This document shows positions 14,901 to 29,339 of a stretch of 64,000 nucleotides of DNA, one piece after another. Under the pieces are notes generated by a model. That model did no database searches. It was not told where the DNA came from and saw only the letters and a list, made by a program, of their open reading frames with translations. The stretch covers positions 62,001-126,000 of the forward strand of contig NW_026857664.1 of assembly GCF_026571515.1 (NCBI RefSeq), written 5' to 3'. Made by a program: the position numbers and the translations under genes. Numbering within the stretch: the first letter of the stretch is position 1; every line of letters starts with the position of its first letter. Origin of the DNA: Ruditapes philippinarum (Eukaryota).

Positions 14901-16890
14901 CACATAAAAATCTTAAGCATACACTGTAATGATCCGATAACACTATTTATTTAGTTTTATATTTACGATAATATATTGAGAAGATATATTGGTTATGTTA
15001 AAAAGTAACTACGCACGGTATGTTAATATTCTATTACAAGATATTATAACGAAAAAAATTTTTAATAAATTTTAATGTGTAGATAATTTACATTCAAATG
15101 ACGTAGTCAATAACGCTAAATATTGACATTTAAATTTTAAATTTTTTGTCAGTTTTGTCAGAATGGTTAAATGCACTGTACAGTATTTTAAATGTGTTTG
15201 AAGCATATCTAAATTGAAATATTGTGGTAAAAATTCAGAAATAGAAGATATTTTATATCTCATTGGAACTTTGTTTTTAACATAATTTATTTGAATGATA
15301 TAAGTAGTATTAATATACAGAAAAAATGTATCCGCATCTGCAATTATCAGATTTGATGTTTCCAAAAAAACAACTTATCAAAACTCATTACCACTGTCTT
15401 TGATTTTTTTTTGCCTTTTAATACATAATTATTTTTCTATTTTCTTTTCGCATTATTTTCTTAGAAAAAAATGTCAAATATATATCATGAACGATTTAAC
15501 ACATAATTTAATGCAATACACGTTTTGTTTTTATTTGAACTTAAATACCGTTTACAAATATGTATTGCCCTTTTCCAGTTTCCTGTCATACGGGCAATGC
15601 ACTAGGTGACATATCCATGACCTTCATGATTTATAGCTCAGTAATTAATTCAATGTTGCATGCCGTATACTGTGTTAATGCATGTCTGGCTTCCATCAGC
15701 TTTCACTAAATGTTACCGGTTTCAAAAACATCATCCAGTAATTTGTCATATGTCAAGGGAATTGTTTCCTCGTTATTAATTTAGGATCGTTTTGTTTGTC
15801 AACAGAATGTAGTGTGTCTTTCACCTCATGTAAATCGAAATTAATAATGATCTGAGATCTGTCCGATGCTTTTTTGTACTTAAGCGGAGAGTCATTTGAA
15901 ATATACATTAACAAACGAGTAAGTTTGTATACATTTAGTATTATTCATACAAAATGGATTTTAAGAAATATTATTTTATTAACATATATTTAAATGTATA
16001 TCCAGGATATTTATTTTACCACTTTTTACAGGGGTTGGAACCTACAAACTTTATTTATTCAATTTTTGAGTTTCCCTAGTTATTTCTTTAATATCTATTT
16101 TCAAATTATTACCGTTAATCGTCAACAATCAATCTGAATAAAGCTCAATCTATTTATTTCTTACATGTTGATATGCTATCCTCCTTATAATTATTTCTTT
16201 CGCCTTCATTCATATAAGGATTTGCCGAAGCTGCTTATTTTAGCCATCCAATTAAATCGTCCGTTACAAATAGGCATAAGAAAATGTGAATTTTGTTGTG
16301 GAAAGTGAAGTGGTTACAGATGTAGTCAATTTCCAACAGTCTTGCTATTAGGTTTACACTTTAGCGAGTTGGTTGAGTGTCTGCCTTGTGATCAACAGGT
16401 ATTGAGTTAAAAAACGGTCACCACCATTAGGCTTACAATCAAAATAATAAAAAATATCACAGCACGAGTTTTCACAGGTATAATGGTGATTGTTTCAGTC
16501 TCTTTATATTTACTTTTATCAAACTAGGGAACACATAAAGTTGTTCTATATCAAACGTAATAACAAGAGATAATTATGTTCATGTTCATGATCGGCGCTA
16601 AGTTTGTTCTATCGTAAAATCTTGAAATCGTGATGATTACTTTCTCGATATTGGCTTTCTAGAAACAAAATCGCTTTCAAATATATGAGAGCTCGCCGTT
16701 GATTTGCTGATAAATGAGTCCGCATTTTATTATGGTCAGATCTAAATGCCCGACGTAACTGAGACCTGATTCAATAAAAAAATAACTGCCTTTATAAAGG
16801 AATAAGTATAAAGAATATAAACACGCACAATTCTCTCCATTGTTACAATTGATTTTAAATAGTTCATAAATCAATTCAAATAAAGACGTA

Positions 16891-17063
16891 CAGTCAAACC
16901 TGGCAATCCAAAAACGACCACACAAGACCTGTATAGGCAAGAAGTCTTCATTCGGACATTACTCTGATGTACGTGTATCTATGGAAGTTTATCAAGCATT
17001 AATTAAATATTTTTTCATGTGCTAGTCTTTATTTGGAGATGGTCCTTTAATCAGGTTTGACTG
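16891..17063. mobile_element. Tc1/mariner-type MITE (173 bp)
   Basis: TA|CAGTCAAACCTG ... CAGGTTTGACTG|TA: perfect 12-bp TIR with TA TSD; the paralogous MITE in copy A (from ~2624) is interrupted by a ~1 kb insertion. Confidence 0.85.
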
Positions 17064-20000
17064 TAATCATTTGAATTGTAAGATTTTGTCTAATCATTAG
17101 AATATCTTCCACCATGCAGGTGCATCTTATTTCTGTCAGAAAAAAAACCTTAACTTTATGTCTAGTATAGTTAGGATAATTATGACATGTTGTTTTGTAT
17201 GTCTTATTCCTGAATGCACATTATCAGATATCCGATAATAATATAGTAACAAATTGTTTTGGATAGTGAGATGTGTTTACTGCCATCAAATTTCCAAAAC
17301 AATAGTCGTTTTGCAAGGACCTTCAAAATTCACATTTAGGTTCTATTTTTTTAATAAAACCTTAAAAGAAAGTAAAACATTCGAATCTTTTAAACTGCTA
17401 ATTATATGACCGCTAGTTTATCTGGAGATAAAATTGTCATGAAGGCAAGACGTAACAAAGATTTCCTCTTAAATGTAAAAATCTGATCAAGTTTTGTTTG
17501 AGTATGAAACAAAAACACCAAAATACAACAACCTTATAATTATTTGTTCGATTGAACTTGTGCCGACCGAAATGTAACAAGGCAAATTACGCATTTTTAA
17601 TTTGATTTAACAATTCTTAAAACGTTTGTTAAAAAGAACACCACTGAGTTCTTCAAAAATATCAGGAAACTTAAACAAAATTACAAGTCTTCACAAAAAA
17701 AATTAGAAAACACAACAAGGTAATCAGAAGACACTTGGCACCCTTTCAAACTATCAGGCAAATGTAACGGAAACGATATTTCTTTACAAAGAGTTTGAAA
17801 AAAGTAAGAATAGCTCTTTTTACATGATAGCAAAGTAGATTTGTTTTTGAATGTTAATTAAAAAGGAAAATCAAAACATTCGGTTTATTTTATACACTAG
17901 TCACAAGGCGGCAGTTATTAATTAATTTCATTGTTATCTGATCCTAATCAGAATACCTCTGCATTACCCTTTATTCTGACAATGTTCAATTTCCTACGTA
18001 TGAAAAGTGTTTTAGATCTGTCTATCACACTTTCCATGTTTCACTTTTTAAATTTGTTTAAACTATTCTTTTCTTGAATGCTACAATCTTCTGCTTGTTC
18101 TGATTTGACACATATATATTTACGTATATATATCGTACTATGTTGATTTTTTTAAATTGTCAGCTAGAATGTACATAAGATGAAATAAACAACAACAACA
18201 AACAAATAAACACGCAAAAAAGCAAATTTCCTGGCTACCATGATGATAATTCTTCGTAGGGAACTGAATTGAGTATAGAATGGTGTCATGAACCACGTGA
18301 CCATAGTGTTACTGTTTACATGTGTACAATTACATTAACAAAAAGAATATTTCTAATTTGACTCTGGGAAATTAACATTTCAAAAATATAGGGGCAATTA
18401 AATTAATTAATGTACATGCCATATGTAACAATGTAACTGTATTGCAAGCAAGCTCTCCATGATCTTTGAAATATAATTATTCCAAATTTATTGAAAGAAA
18501 TCTGGCTCTTCTAAAATGTCCTTTCATTTTTATTTGATCTTTACTGTTTTATTTATATTATTATTATTTAACTTTACAGATATTGATTATGGCTTTTCAA
18601 AGTTAAAATTCATAAATTAATTGAGTGTGTTTTGGATATTACCTAAAAAAAACGTCAAAATGGATTGATATCCACTGCAAATTTTCATTACGGACAACTA
18701 TTTCAAATCATGAATGTCATATCAGCTTTTTGCAGCTTGTCACTTATAGAATCAACAGGATGTAAAGTTGTTTCCCTGAACACAACACACTATCACTTAT
18801 TGCATTGTACAATTAAAATCCAGTAATCTACTCAAATAAACAATTAATAAAAGTATTCTAAGATGTCAATATAAATATGTCATTGCTACTTCTTCAGATG
18901 ATAACTAAAAATTACATGGAGATTCAAGTTTGAAATAATGTTTTTCTTGTCATATCATGTTTCTTGTCATATCAGAATGCTTTAGCGCCACGCAATTGGG
19001 AGTTTTACTGACATTATAATCATTGTTGCATCATTAAATTAGTTTAAGAAATAATTCATATGAAATAAACCGTAGCTATTCATTAAATATATTTGCAAAT
19101 TGCTACTGAAAGACGTTTTATGTACACATTCGAAGAATGCTAAATTAAAATGCATACGTTTTTAGATTAAATATACTTAGGTAAAACTCGTACAAATATA
19201 TTCATCTAGTATGATCTACTAAAACAATTGTATATTTCAAACCTGTTTTAAAACAAGTTAATCGAATGTTGGACTATTCTATATTGACGAAAACAGAATT
19301 TTTAACATATTCTAAACATAATATATCAGAAAAATTTTGCATTCGAATACAATGCAATATTGTTTCTAAATTGAAGTAGGATGAAACAGTATATAGTCAT
19401 AGTAATCAAACGAAATGCATGGACAATAAATGTCCTTTTGTACTGTTAAAGGCAATAATTGAATTAGAATAAAAAGGTTAACAAAATTAATCAAATTACA
19501 ACTCAAAGCTACTCTTTACATATTTTGTGATATCACTTTTTTGTAACAACCTATTTAGGTTGATTTATTTATTTCTTATTTATATACTTTAACCACTTTG
19601 GTGATGTTTTAAACAAACGATCACTACATAAGATTGTTACCATTTACTCGCGTTGCATTTGATGCACTGATCTAGATTATAAAATCATAATATTTAACTT
19701 TTACATGATTGTTATTCAAATTTATAAATGTATTGTCTCTGTTTCTGAATGTTGCACACATAATTTTTAGTCCCAATTCGAGTACCAAAAAAATGCAAAT
19801 AACCGTACACTTTTACAAGTTAAAGAAATTATTGACAAAACATTTTAAGATGTCAGTATTAAAATCTCATTTATATCTTGACATTTTACAACGGTAATCA
19901 CGTGTACGTTAAAGCTCATTAAACATGCAACTCTCTCAATATCGTGTTTTAATATGATACATCTATAACATCACGCAAACATTGTTTTCTTCAGCATAAA

Positions 20001-22559
20001 AGTTCTCGTCTAATCATGACTTGCGCTGTCTATTCGGAACGTTAGATTAAATATTTATTTATTTAAATAATGCTGGATTCTAGGCTTGTTTTCTCACATA
20101 GATATAAGCATACAGTACCTATGGACGTTGTTTACTTGTCTATATGACATATTTTGAACTCTTTTTTAGGTTTACGACGCACCGACATTATATGTGTCTT
20201 TTGACGACTTATGAAGCTTTGTTTGTTGAGGATAGCACTAGATATAAAAAATGGATGAAGAAATGTGTTTGCTTATAAAGTAATAAAGATCCTTTATAAT
20301 CGAAATTCTTATTGCTACTTTAGAAGGATTGTATAGACAAAATATGTTTTATGTTTCAAATATAAATGACTTTAACAGTACCAGCTATTTCATAAACTAA
20401 TAATTGAGTCAATATATATCATACAATAATCATTATCATCATTGTACTGTACTCACTTTTTTAAATTTGTAACAGAAAGATACCTTGATTTGAATCGGGC
20501 TCCTGGCTATTAGTAATTTCCTCTATGCAGCTTCATACGCAACATTTGTTCTCCTTTCCATATGTAAAGCTGAATCACGAATCAACGTTCCATACCCAGT
20601 TTGATTCCGTTGTCATTTATAATATAATGAATATTGCATGCTGTCTTTAAAAATGTGTCTGGTTTCAACCACTTCCCAATGAAATAATGATTCGTTTATC
20701 TCACCTAGTTACTCAAGCAGTTGGCTTTATCATAATGTTGCATTTGCTTGGCTGATACATTTTTATTTCATGATGACATAGCTAGAATAATATACACTTT
20801 GTAAAATAAACTAATCTAATTTTCTTTTGCGAAAATGTCATTGATAATATTTTTATTGATTTAATTTGATGACCCTAAAGTGCGGCTGTTTATCTGATGT
20901 TCCACCTGAGGCGGAAAAATATTGTTACCCACAAATATTTAAGTGTAAAGAATTGAAATAAAAGAATGAAAAATGAATTAATCTATTAGTAATAAATGAT
21001 TTTTTAAAGAAAAACTAAATAAGTTATGTAAAAAATAAGCATATAAATAAATAAGTAAATCGATAAATAGAATAATACAAAGATAAAACAATAAGTCATT
21101 TTCAGTCCTAACAATGCAGTAAGTGTTCCACTTTATATTTTATAAACTGATTCTTTCTTGCAAATAAAATGTTTAAAATACAATTAATTCCATAAGTTGC
21201 GTAGTAAAAGATGGGTTTTTTTTGTTTCTGTTTTATTGTTGTTGTTTTTTTTGCATGGAATTTAGTTCAACATTTTTTTACACCCACAGAAAAAGAAGGC
21301 ACTAAATGCTAAATACTAGATGATTTTAAGTTATTAAAAGGAACAATAACCTAATTTATTTTCATATTTCACATATATCTTAGTATAAAATGTAAGCTGA
21401 TGGAAACCTTTTATCTTATTACCTAAGCACTGTAATAATAGCTCAATGTCCGGCAATATGACACACTGTATCCTTAACGTCCGTCCATCTTAAGTAAGTA
21501 AGCAGGGATTTCTCGGTAAATTTGGTTTTCGTAGACGTAAATGTCCATTATTACATTTCGTTTTACATTTATCAATCTACTTATCTTAATGTAGAGTTAC
21601 CAAATGAGATAAAAGTGTTATTTTAAAATTATTCGCGTAGCCAAATAACAATTGTTACTTTTTGTACAAAACCAAAACAATGCTCAACACTGTTCATTGG
21701 TTTTGAATCGATAACTTGTAATAATACACGGTATGCTTATTCAAAACTGTGTTTGGTATGAGCAGTTTTCCATTATTAAAAAGGTAACGGTATTCAAATA
21801 ATTAGCTTATTAACTTTAACCATTTTAAAAAGAATATCAGGTGTTCTTGTCGGTAAAAGTTGATACAAATCTTAAATTATTACCATGTAATCCTAATCCT
21901 AACTGCAGCACTTATGACGAACAGAGACAGGACAATGGTATATAGGGATGAAAAAACAACAACAAAAAAACACGTATATATTTTAAGTTCAGGACAAAGT
22001 TATCTTACATGTTGATTTATGCAATATACTGTCAAACACCGCTTTCAAATGAAAATCATTTGTCAAAATAGATTATCCTAATTGCACAACACACAAATTA
22101 ATAAATGAAAATAAACTTAGAAATTTCAAAACAGCAAAATTGAAAATATAGCTGGTTCAGTTATATCAGTGGCTCAGTTTAAAACTTGTCAAATATGATA
22201 CGGTCAGTAGTAAACTGTAGCAATATATCACCGATGCTTCTCCTATAATAAATCAGCACTGCTGATAATTTAAGTGTTTAAGAACTTATTTCTTTCTTTT
22301 TTTAAAACACATCAACATGTGCCACTTTCAGTGAACAAATGTACATAAGATCTTTAATTCTCATTATTAAATGTATTCTACGTATTCTTTTTCAATATAA
22401 AGATCTTATTTGGAAGGGTATGCAAATATTTAATTGCAACTTAATAATAATATCAAATTAAACCATCTAGTATGACCTTTGACACCATTTTAAAAATTTA
22501 CATAATTATTGTGTGTGTTTTTTGTTGTTGTTTTTTTCCATATATTTAATTAACTTCCT

Positions 22560-23120
22560 CTTATAAATATATGCAATTGCCGATAAATCTTTCATTAAAT
22601 GTGTTTGTAGTATTCGAACACTATCGTGATCGATTGATGGACTGAGTGAAATAAAGTACATTTCTAGTATAATTACTGAATGTAAATATGAAACAAAATA
22701 TCCATTATCTCCAACATGAAATAAATGATCTTTTAACAAATCTAAATTGTAATAATAAATTACTAGACAGCACAGAAAAAACAGCCATAAAGTAAACTTC
22801 AACATTTGAAATAGGTTATCTGAATAATAACAGCAGGGGAATGAATTGCTTCCCACAAAGTAAAATCACTTACCTTGAAACGGGTGAATTAATTGTAATG
22901 TCAAGTAATGGGGCAGACTTAATTATTCCGCAATTTATTCATGTGTCGCCTTTGTTTATTTTTATAATCAATGACAGACACCATAATATTAATGATGTAA
23001 ATAATAATAATTGCGTCATAAAATACTGCAGCAGTATGCAAAGCTAATGCATTCCATTAGCAGATTATCTGCAATCTTTAGGATATCGTAAAGATGTCGC
23101 TCAGAATAACGCAACACAAG
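22560..23120 (-). pseudogene. Decayed PAN-like exon + C-type-lectin-like exon (paralogue on + strand at ~50215-50760)
   Basis: ..IIC/LMECISFAYCC/AVFYDA.. ending CAAG|gtaagt at 22874; then GDNGYFVSYLHSVIILEMYFISLS...THLMK. In copy D the donor is mutated to TTAAGT (50461). Confidence 0.4.
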
Positions 23121-23423
23121 TATCTATAACTTAACTTTTTGGCGTTAAGAATAACTCAAATTAACCCTTTTTCAACACTTATAAAATGTGTTTAGAAACT
23201 TCAGCGTAAGTCACTATTTTCATTTTAAAGTTTTTTATGACCAATAACTGAAAAAATGACGTAAATATTGCTTCTCCTTTTAAGATATTCTTCACTATTT
23301 TTCTTACAATTATATATTTTTGTGTTTTTTACTTATGACATACTTTACAAAAAAAACATTTTAACATAGTAAAGGCGTAGAAAATTGAGCCGAATTTAAC
23401 AATACACGTATAATTACGTACAC

Positions 23424-23920
23424 CAGAGACATAGATAACAAAGATAGGCAACTTCCTAGCCAGTTAAAATATCACGCGTGCCTGCTAAATTTAAAACTTA
23501 TTAACCAGATATCAGAATCATTAAAATAATACATTTTCTGAAAGCTTATGCATTTTCTACGGCTGCAGGTAAAATTATTTACAGTTCCCATTTAAAAAAA
23601 TTGTACATCAATTTTTAAAGAGAACTACATGTACTAAATAATTTTTGTTACAAAACTATTCATATGACAAAAACTGGCTCAGTGGGTATGTTCTGCCATG
23701 TTTTTCTAAGTGAAAAGCATGGAAAGTTATTAATATTTTAACATGCAGCAATAGATAAAGATTTACCTTTCAAATGGTATATAATATTTAAGGATCAAAA
23801 GTACATCCATAAAGTTTTATTTGCTACAAAATGCCTATTTTTTCACTGTTTGATAGGCATGTCGAGTGATATTTCAATGGAGTATATAGGAGCTGCTTAT
23901 CTCTGTTATCTATGTCTCTG
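23424..23920. mobile_element. P-superfamily-like MITE (497 bp, 7-bp TSD)
   Basis: TIR CAGAGACATAGATAACA(A/G)AGATA(G/A)GCA; flanks (c)gtacac / agtacac; copy D has the empty site with a single AGTACAC (reverse complement near 49797-49803). Confidence 0.8.
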
Positions 23921-25929
23921 AGTACACGTAAGAATTTAAACAACCATCAGGGAAGTTGAATGAGTTTTTGACATAGGTGCACGATGCGTTGTAATAGAGG
24001 TATATTACGTGTTTTAGTGCCTAACACGGATACATAAATGCTAACGGTTGCATGCTACTAGCTTGTACATGAAAATTAAGCTAATTTGTTAGAGAAATAT
24101 CAATGTTTTTATACGTAACAGAAGACCAAGTTAATTGCTACAGGCTATCTCGTAATAATCATTAGACTCGATAAAAAATTGATGATTTTTTTTAATAAAA
24201 CATTGTTATCTATTTTATATGTCTGTGCTTATTTTCCGTACTTAATAAGTGAAAAATTGTTTTCTCAAAATTGTCTCTAGAACTCGATTGAAAAAATATT
24301 CAACAAGAAAAAAATACAGACGTTTCTTTATAAAATCAACAACTCATTCCGTATATAATATATTTACGCGTAAGTAATTAAAGAAAGAGGGAAATCCTTA
24401 GAAATCTTAACAGAGGGAAACTTGTTAAAATTGCTGTCAAAGCTGTCTGGAAATTAATTTTTATTCTGTATCTGATTTAGAATAGACAATATTACAGTTT
24501 ACTGAAGCTTAAAATAAATGGAATGCAAAATCGTATTACAACTGAAAAAGATCTATTGCTTTTGAGATACGATTGCAAACAAAACGTTTACTTATCTGGC
24601 ATTGTCTGACAAACCACTGCGACCATTCTTCTATAAGGGCATAACATACTACTTTTTTCAAAAGGTCATTCCTTTTGATGTCAAATTTGAATTTCTAAAA
24701 AGTAAGTAATTGACTCTATCGACGGGTAATCTTCTGTTTTTTTTTTGGTTTATAGAAAATACATGGTTAATGTCGGTTTAATCCTGTGAGCGAAAAAGTG
24801 TATCTTGGCGAGCTTTAGCGAGGATAAATATTAATTTATTTATTAAATAATTTCCAGAAATAGATATACCATTTGATGTAATTGCTCCAATTGACCTATT
24901 ATAAGTAAAGGGGAAAAAAGAATCAAAAATCAAATGTTATGTTTTAGAATAATTGAACTCAGTAAAACAACTTTAAGTTATACTCAAAGTTGCATATTAA
25001 TTAACGAACACTGTATTACTTATTATAGCAAGGTCTCCCTTCAGCAAATAAACGATGGACATTTTTTCTTATTTCACATTATTATTCGTTAATTTTAATA
25101 GAATTACTCTATGTTCTGAGTTTTATATACATAACTAATATAACACTTGATGTGAATGTTAGTAAACCCCATGACAAATATATCACATATTAATATTTAT
25201 GAATCATTTTGTTAAATCTACTAACTGACACTGTCGTTATTTTATCCCAGACAGTAATTAAAAATAACTGCGTGATGCATTTTAGTTACGTTCAGAACAT
25301 AAATCTATTTTTTAAGGATATTAATCAAACAGTGAATTCAAATAAAAGTCAAGAACTAAGTTAAACGTGAATGTATGATTTATGTTCCGGAAATGAGGTT
25401 TTCAATATTAAATAAAAAAAGGATGAACGGTGATAACAAAAGTATTAATCAGAAAAATGTCTGGAATTAATTGATTCCAACTTTTGTACAAATATTATTA
25501 TAAGCCTCATGTTGTAATTTAATTCTAAACTTAAAATTATAACAATATAACGTCCAACATCAATAAAAGGATATTTTCACACTAATTTGTGATTGCAAAC
25601 TCAGTTTGGTTATTATATATAAGTCGATTAATGAGTATCAAAGATTGATTAATTTATTATAAATTTGGTATCACGAGCCCCCTCTATGCAATAATAACTA
25701 TTCAAAACAATCGGTTAAAGTATTATGCTATTAAACAATCATGAACAATGTAAGAACCTTAATTTATATACACGATAATCGTTGTTGAAATGTTTCAATG
25801 TATATAAAATTAAAAAAAAACAAGTATTTTAAACATAATTATATCTTATATTGATATGGATAAAAATGGAATTCATAAGTAGCTATTCTTTTACAATTCA
25901 CGTCATATCAGCTTTGTGCAATTTTAACT

Positions 25930-27765
25930 AAAATGTTATAAGTCACTTAAGTGACAAAATGTCGGCAAAATTAGACTTTAGGAGATAACGTCCATGATAA
26001 TCTCATTTACTGGGCATAAATACTATTTTCTAACTTAGTTTCAAACGACTTCCTTGTTATAAATAACACTTTGTTTTTTTCCGGTGGTCTCACTATTACC
26101 GTTCCATCAAAAAGATAAAAGCTTTCAAATAATTCAGACCGATAACCTAATAAGCATATATTTACGATAATAATGTTACAGGCAGTGGAAAAGCTAAGTA
26201 TGTAATAGGTGTTTGATATCACTTCTCTAAATATCATCATAAATATTTTATTAAGTTAAGCTGATTTTTCAGGAATACAGCAAGTGATTTCATGACCTGC
26301 GTTCATGACATCCTACGTTCTGTCGCTTGTTAAGTCCTAGATATAACAGTTACCAAGTGGTGGTGTTTTGCCTAGAGTGTTCTCTAACCATTTTGTCATA
26401 CACGTGTATGTTAAGGTACTGTCATTGACCAAAATATTTTTCAATGTCTGATTTATGTACATTGTATCCTGATCTCAAAAATTGATGTTAATGTTAGATA
26501 CATGTACATGTATTGTATTATTCAATACAATGCTCTAAAGGTTTCAGTAATACGGATTGATGAATCAGATATAAAACATCCAATAGAACTTCGGTCAATC
26601 AGTACAGCCCATAGTCATTTCAGTGAATGGTTTATGAACAAATATTCATTTTAACATGAAGATGATAATGATGACTAAAAGGCACATTATATTTCAGGAA
26701 AAAAAACAACAAAAGTTTACTTCTTTCGAAATGGCATTAATGCATTGTATAATGTTTAAATAATGATTTCAGAGAATGTTGGATACTTGGTACCTGAAGA
26801 ATGTAGCGATTTATATGAAATAATATGTCATAAAAGTAGACAAATGTAAAAAAGGTATCATTCCTTTACTCCCATACAAAAAGCGCAGTGCACTTAATAA
26901 CTATAACTGTACTTATGGTACCTTTAAATTAATTAATTCTTTTTTTCAAATTCTTTAAACAAGTTCACAGGTACACAATATTAATTAACACAAGACTGCG
27001 AGTGAAAATATTTACTAAAGAAATATAATTATGATACCAGCAAATAATGTATGTCATTAAATATTATATAAAATCAAGGTAAAAATTGTATGGATATCAG
27101 TGGCTACTAAATCGCATATATGACGTACTTAATGGCTAGCAAAAAAGGGAAAAAATATTGTAATATTAATGACCATTGATTCACTATTTATGTCACTTTC
27201 ATAGACTGAAAGCAAATATGATGATGCAAATAAATGCAGCATGCTAGTTTATGCTGATATTGGAGTTGGCTTAAACACAAAGTGTTGTTATTCGTTAGGT
27301 GTTTAGCCATTTCTTGTAAAAAAACCTTTTCTGACTACACATAACTCACATGTAGCCATGGTAGCAATGTGCATTCATCTAATTTATATATTTACGTACT
27401 GGTATTATTCTTATTTTGTATTTGTTTCTTCCTTTTGTGTATCAATTTTACAACACAAAAAACCCTCATGTTATATAACTAAGGTAATGAGATTTTTCCC
27501 AAATTCAATCTTCAACCAATGACAATTCCAGAATATTCTACTTATTAGATGAACCGGAAGTAAATAATTTTGAAAGAAATTCAAGTGAAAATGACTGGTC
27601 AGGAGATAATCAGATTTTTGCAAGAGGTTTTCAAATCCCAGTATTTATTGTATTATCTCTTTTCACTCCTGTTACAAATACTCAATAGAAACGAGCTGCA
27701 TTTGATTTAACATAATATTCTACCAACAACACAATCATAAGCAAATAACGAGGAACCAGTTTGAT
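25930..27765 (-). pseudogene. Paralogous decayed PAN/EGF/C-type-lectin-like gene (copy B)
   Basis: DECTLLPWLH..ELCVVRKGFFT after an ag| acceptor (~27378); NICLLGYRSELFESFYLFDGT (in ORF 26007-26240) resembles the CTL W.G....F.W.DGT motif; shares several stop codons with copy A. Confidence 0.45.
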
Positions 27766-27959
27766 TGGCAATGTGGGTATGAGAATGTGATGCTTCGAAT
27801 ACGTTTACATTTACAAAATCATAATATTTTGAATGTTATTTGAAATATTAAGTAATTCAATAAACAAATCAGACACTGTGTTTCCGAATTTATTCTTTTT
27901 TCACTTACATCAACAGAGTTTATTGTAATATAGAAATATAGAAATGTAAAAGCACTAAT

Positions 27960-28376
27960 TTATTCCGATACAATTATATCGCTAAACATGTTATTTTGTA
28001 CTGATAGTGTGTGTCTCGCATGACATAATTTTCTGTAATCGTGCACAATGTGAATGGATTTGTAAATTATGTAAATATAAAATGGCAATAAAACAACCAG
28101 ATAAAGATATGAATTGATTATAGGTGAAATACCGGGGCCTTTTGTTTGGTTTCGGAAGTTAACCTGAATGGGATTTTCCAATCAGATGAAGATAAAACAA
28201 ATGTCGTTGTGCTGATAACGCCAGCAAAGTTTAGTTGTATTGAAAACTGGAAGCATGTATTTTATGCAAGAACGAAATGTTTTGAATGAATGAGTTTGTT
28301 GCTGGTTGGTTTAATTCTTGAGTAGTTTCACATGGGCATCACAGCTTGACAATTTTGTTTATGCTAATACTTGCAT
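27960..28376 (-). pseudogene. Decayed signal peptide + PAN-like exon and EGF-like remnant
   Basis: One continuous frame from ATG 28376: MQVLA*TKLSSCDAHVKLLKN*TNQQQTHSFKTFRSCINTCFQFSIQLNFAGVISTTTFVLSSSDW...AP|gtattt (28133); then NPFTLCTITENYVMRDTHYQYKITCLAI (~27970-28065). Confidence 0.45.
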
Positions 28377-29339
28377 TCACATGTATCTTATTTTGTTATT
28401 TTATTAGAATAGTAATGATCGGTATGTATTTGTACAACGGGGACGATACCAATACATTCAATGTGCCAAATCTAGCCGTAAAGCTAGATTGTATTACGTT
28501 CATGCTTAGTATATAATTATGAAAATGGACTTATCTTATTATTTTGTAATATGTATCTCTCTTCGTATTTTTCTAATTACAATAAGTTGTTGATTTTTTT
28601 TCTATTTGACTGTTTCTGATTATTATTATGACAATACGTAAGTTTTGTAATTAGGACAAAATACTTGCATTATCCAAGCGAAGACAGACTTATCAAATTA
28701 TCAGTGTGAGAACCGGTTAGCTGAACCGGTTTATCAGCTTATCTTTTTTCAATTTTTAGATTTTGCGTTGATTCAGAATAAAAGAACAGGAAATTAAAGT
28801 TTGTACCTAAAATGTATGTTCATTTTGAACAGATAAATGACTTTAAAGTTATAATTTATTGAGTAAACATATTTCTTCCTTTACCATACAGTCAAACATC
28901 TTCCTTGAAAACTCACAGTTAATGATTATGCTGGAAAAGAGATTCGAAAAAACGAAAATGACTGTTCAAGATGTACCTGAACCTAAATTCTATTAGTGTT
29001 TTTATTGAAGTACCTAAATACTTAATTAAAAATGAGCGGTATGCATTTCACTTTAATATGTGAAATGATTATGCTTGAATGAATGATTGATAATGAAAAT
29101 TTTAGACCAACTATGTATCAATAGATAATTAAAAATGATACTGACTGCTGTGAATGAAGGAGTTAAGAGCTCATGTATTTGCAAGCATTTGTTGCAACGT
29201 TCATTGATCTTCTGTATCATATTACATTTTAATGATTGAAAATACAAAGACGACACAATAGTATTCACAAATAACCTAGCAATCATATAAAGTAGCAGTT
29301 TAAGAGATTTGTCCGTTTCATTGTTTTTAAGGTCTTAAT

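Larger units (their letters stand above)
14350..29300 (+). repeat. Segmental duplication copy B (tandem to A, internal inversion ~17355-20050)
   Basis: Direct homology to A at an offset of ~14.3-16 kb; 18640-19200 and 19810-20050 are reverse complements of A 4690-5230 and 4040-4290. Confidence 0.88.

Noticed and set aside
22874-23019. Signal peptide followed by TGA-I-N-C as a UxxC selenoprotein (MTQLLLFTSLILWCLS...GDT*INC)
   Set aside because: No SECIS recognisable, no similarity to known selenoproteins, copy D has TAA at codon 4, and the block is better explained as a frameshifted PAN-like exon.
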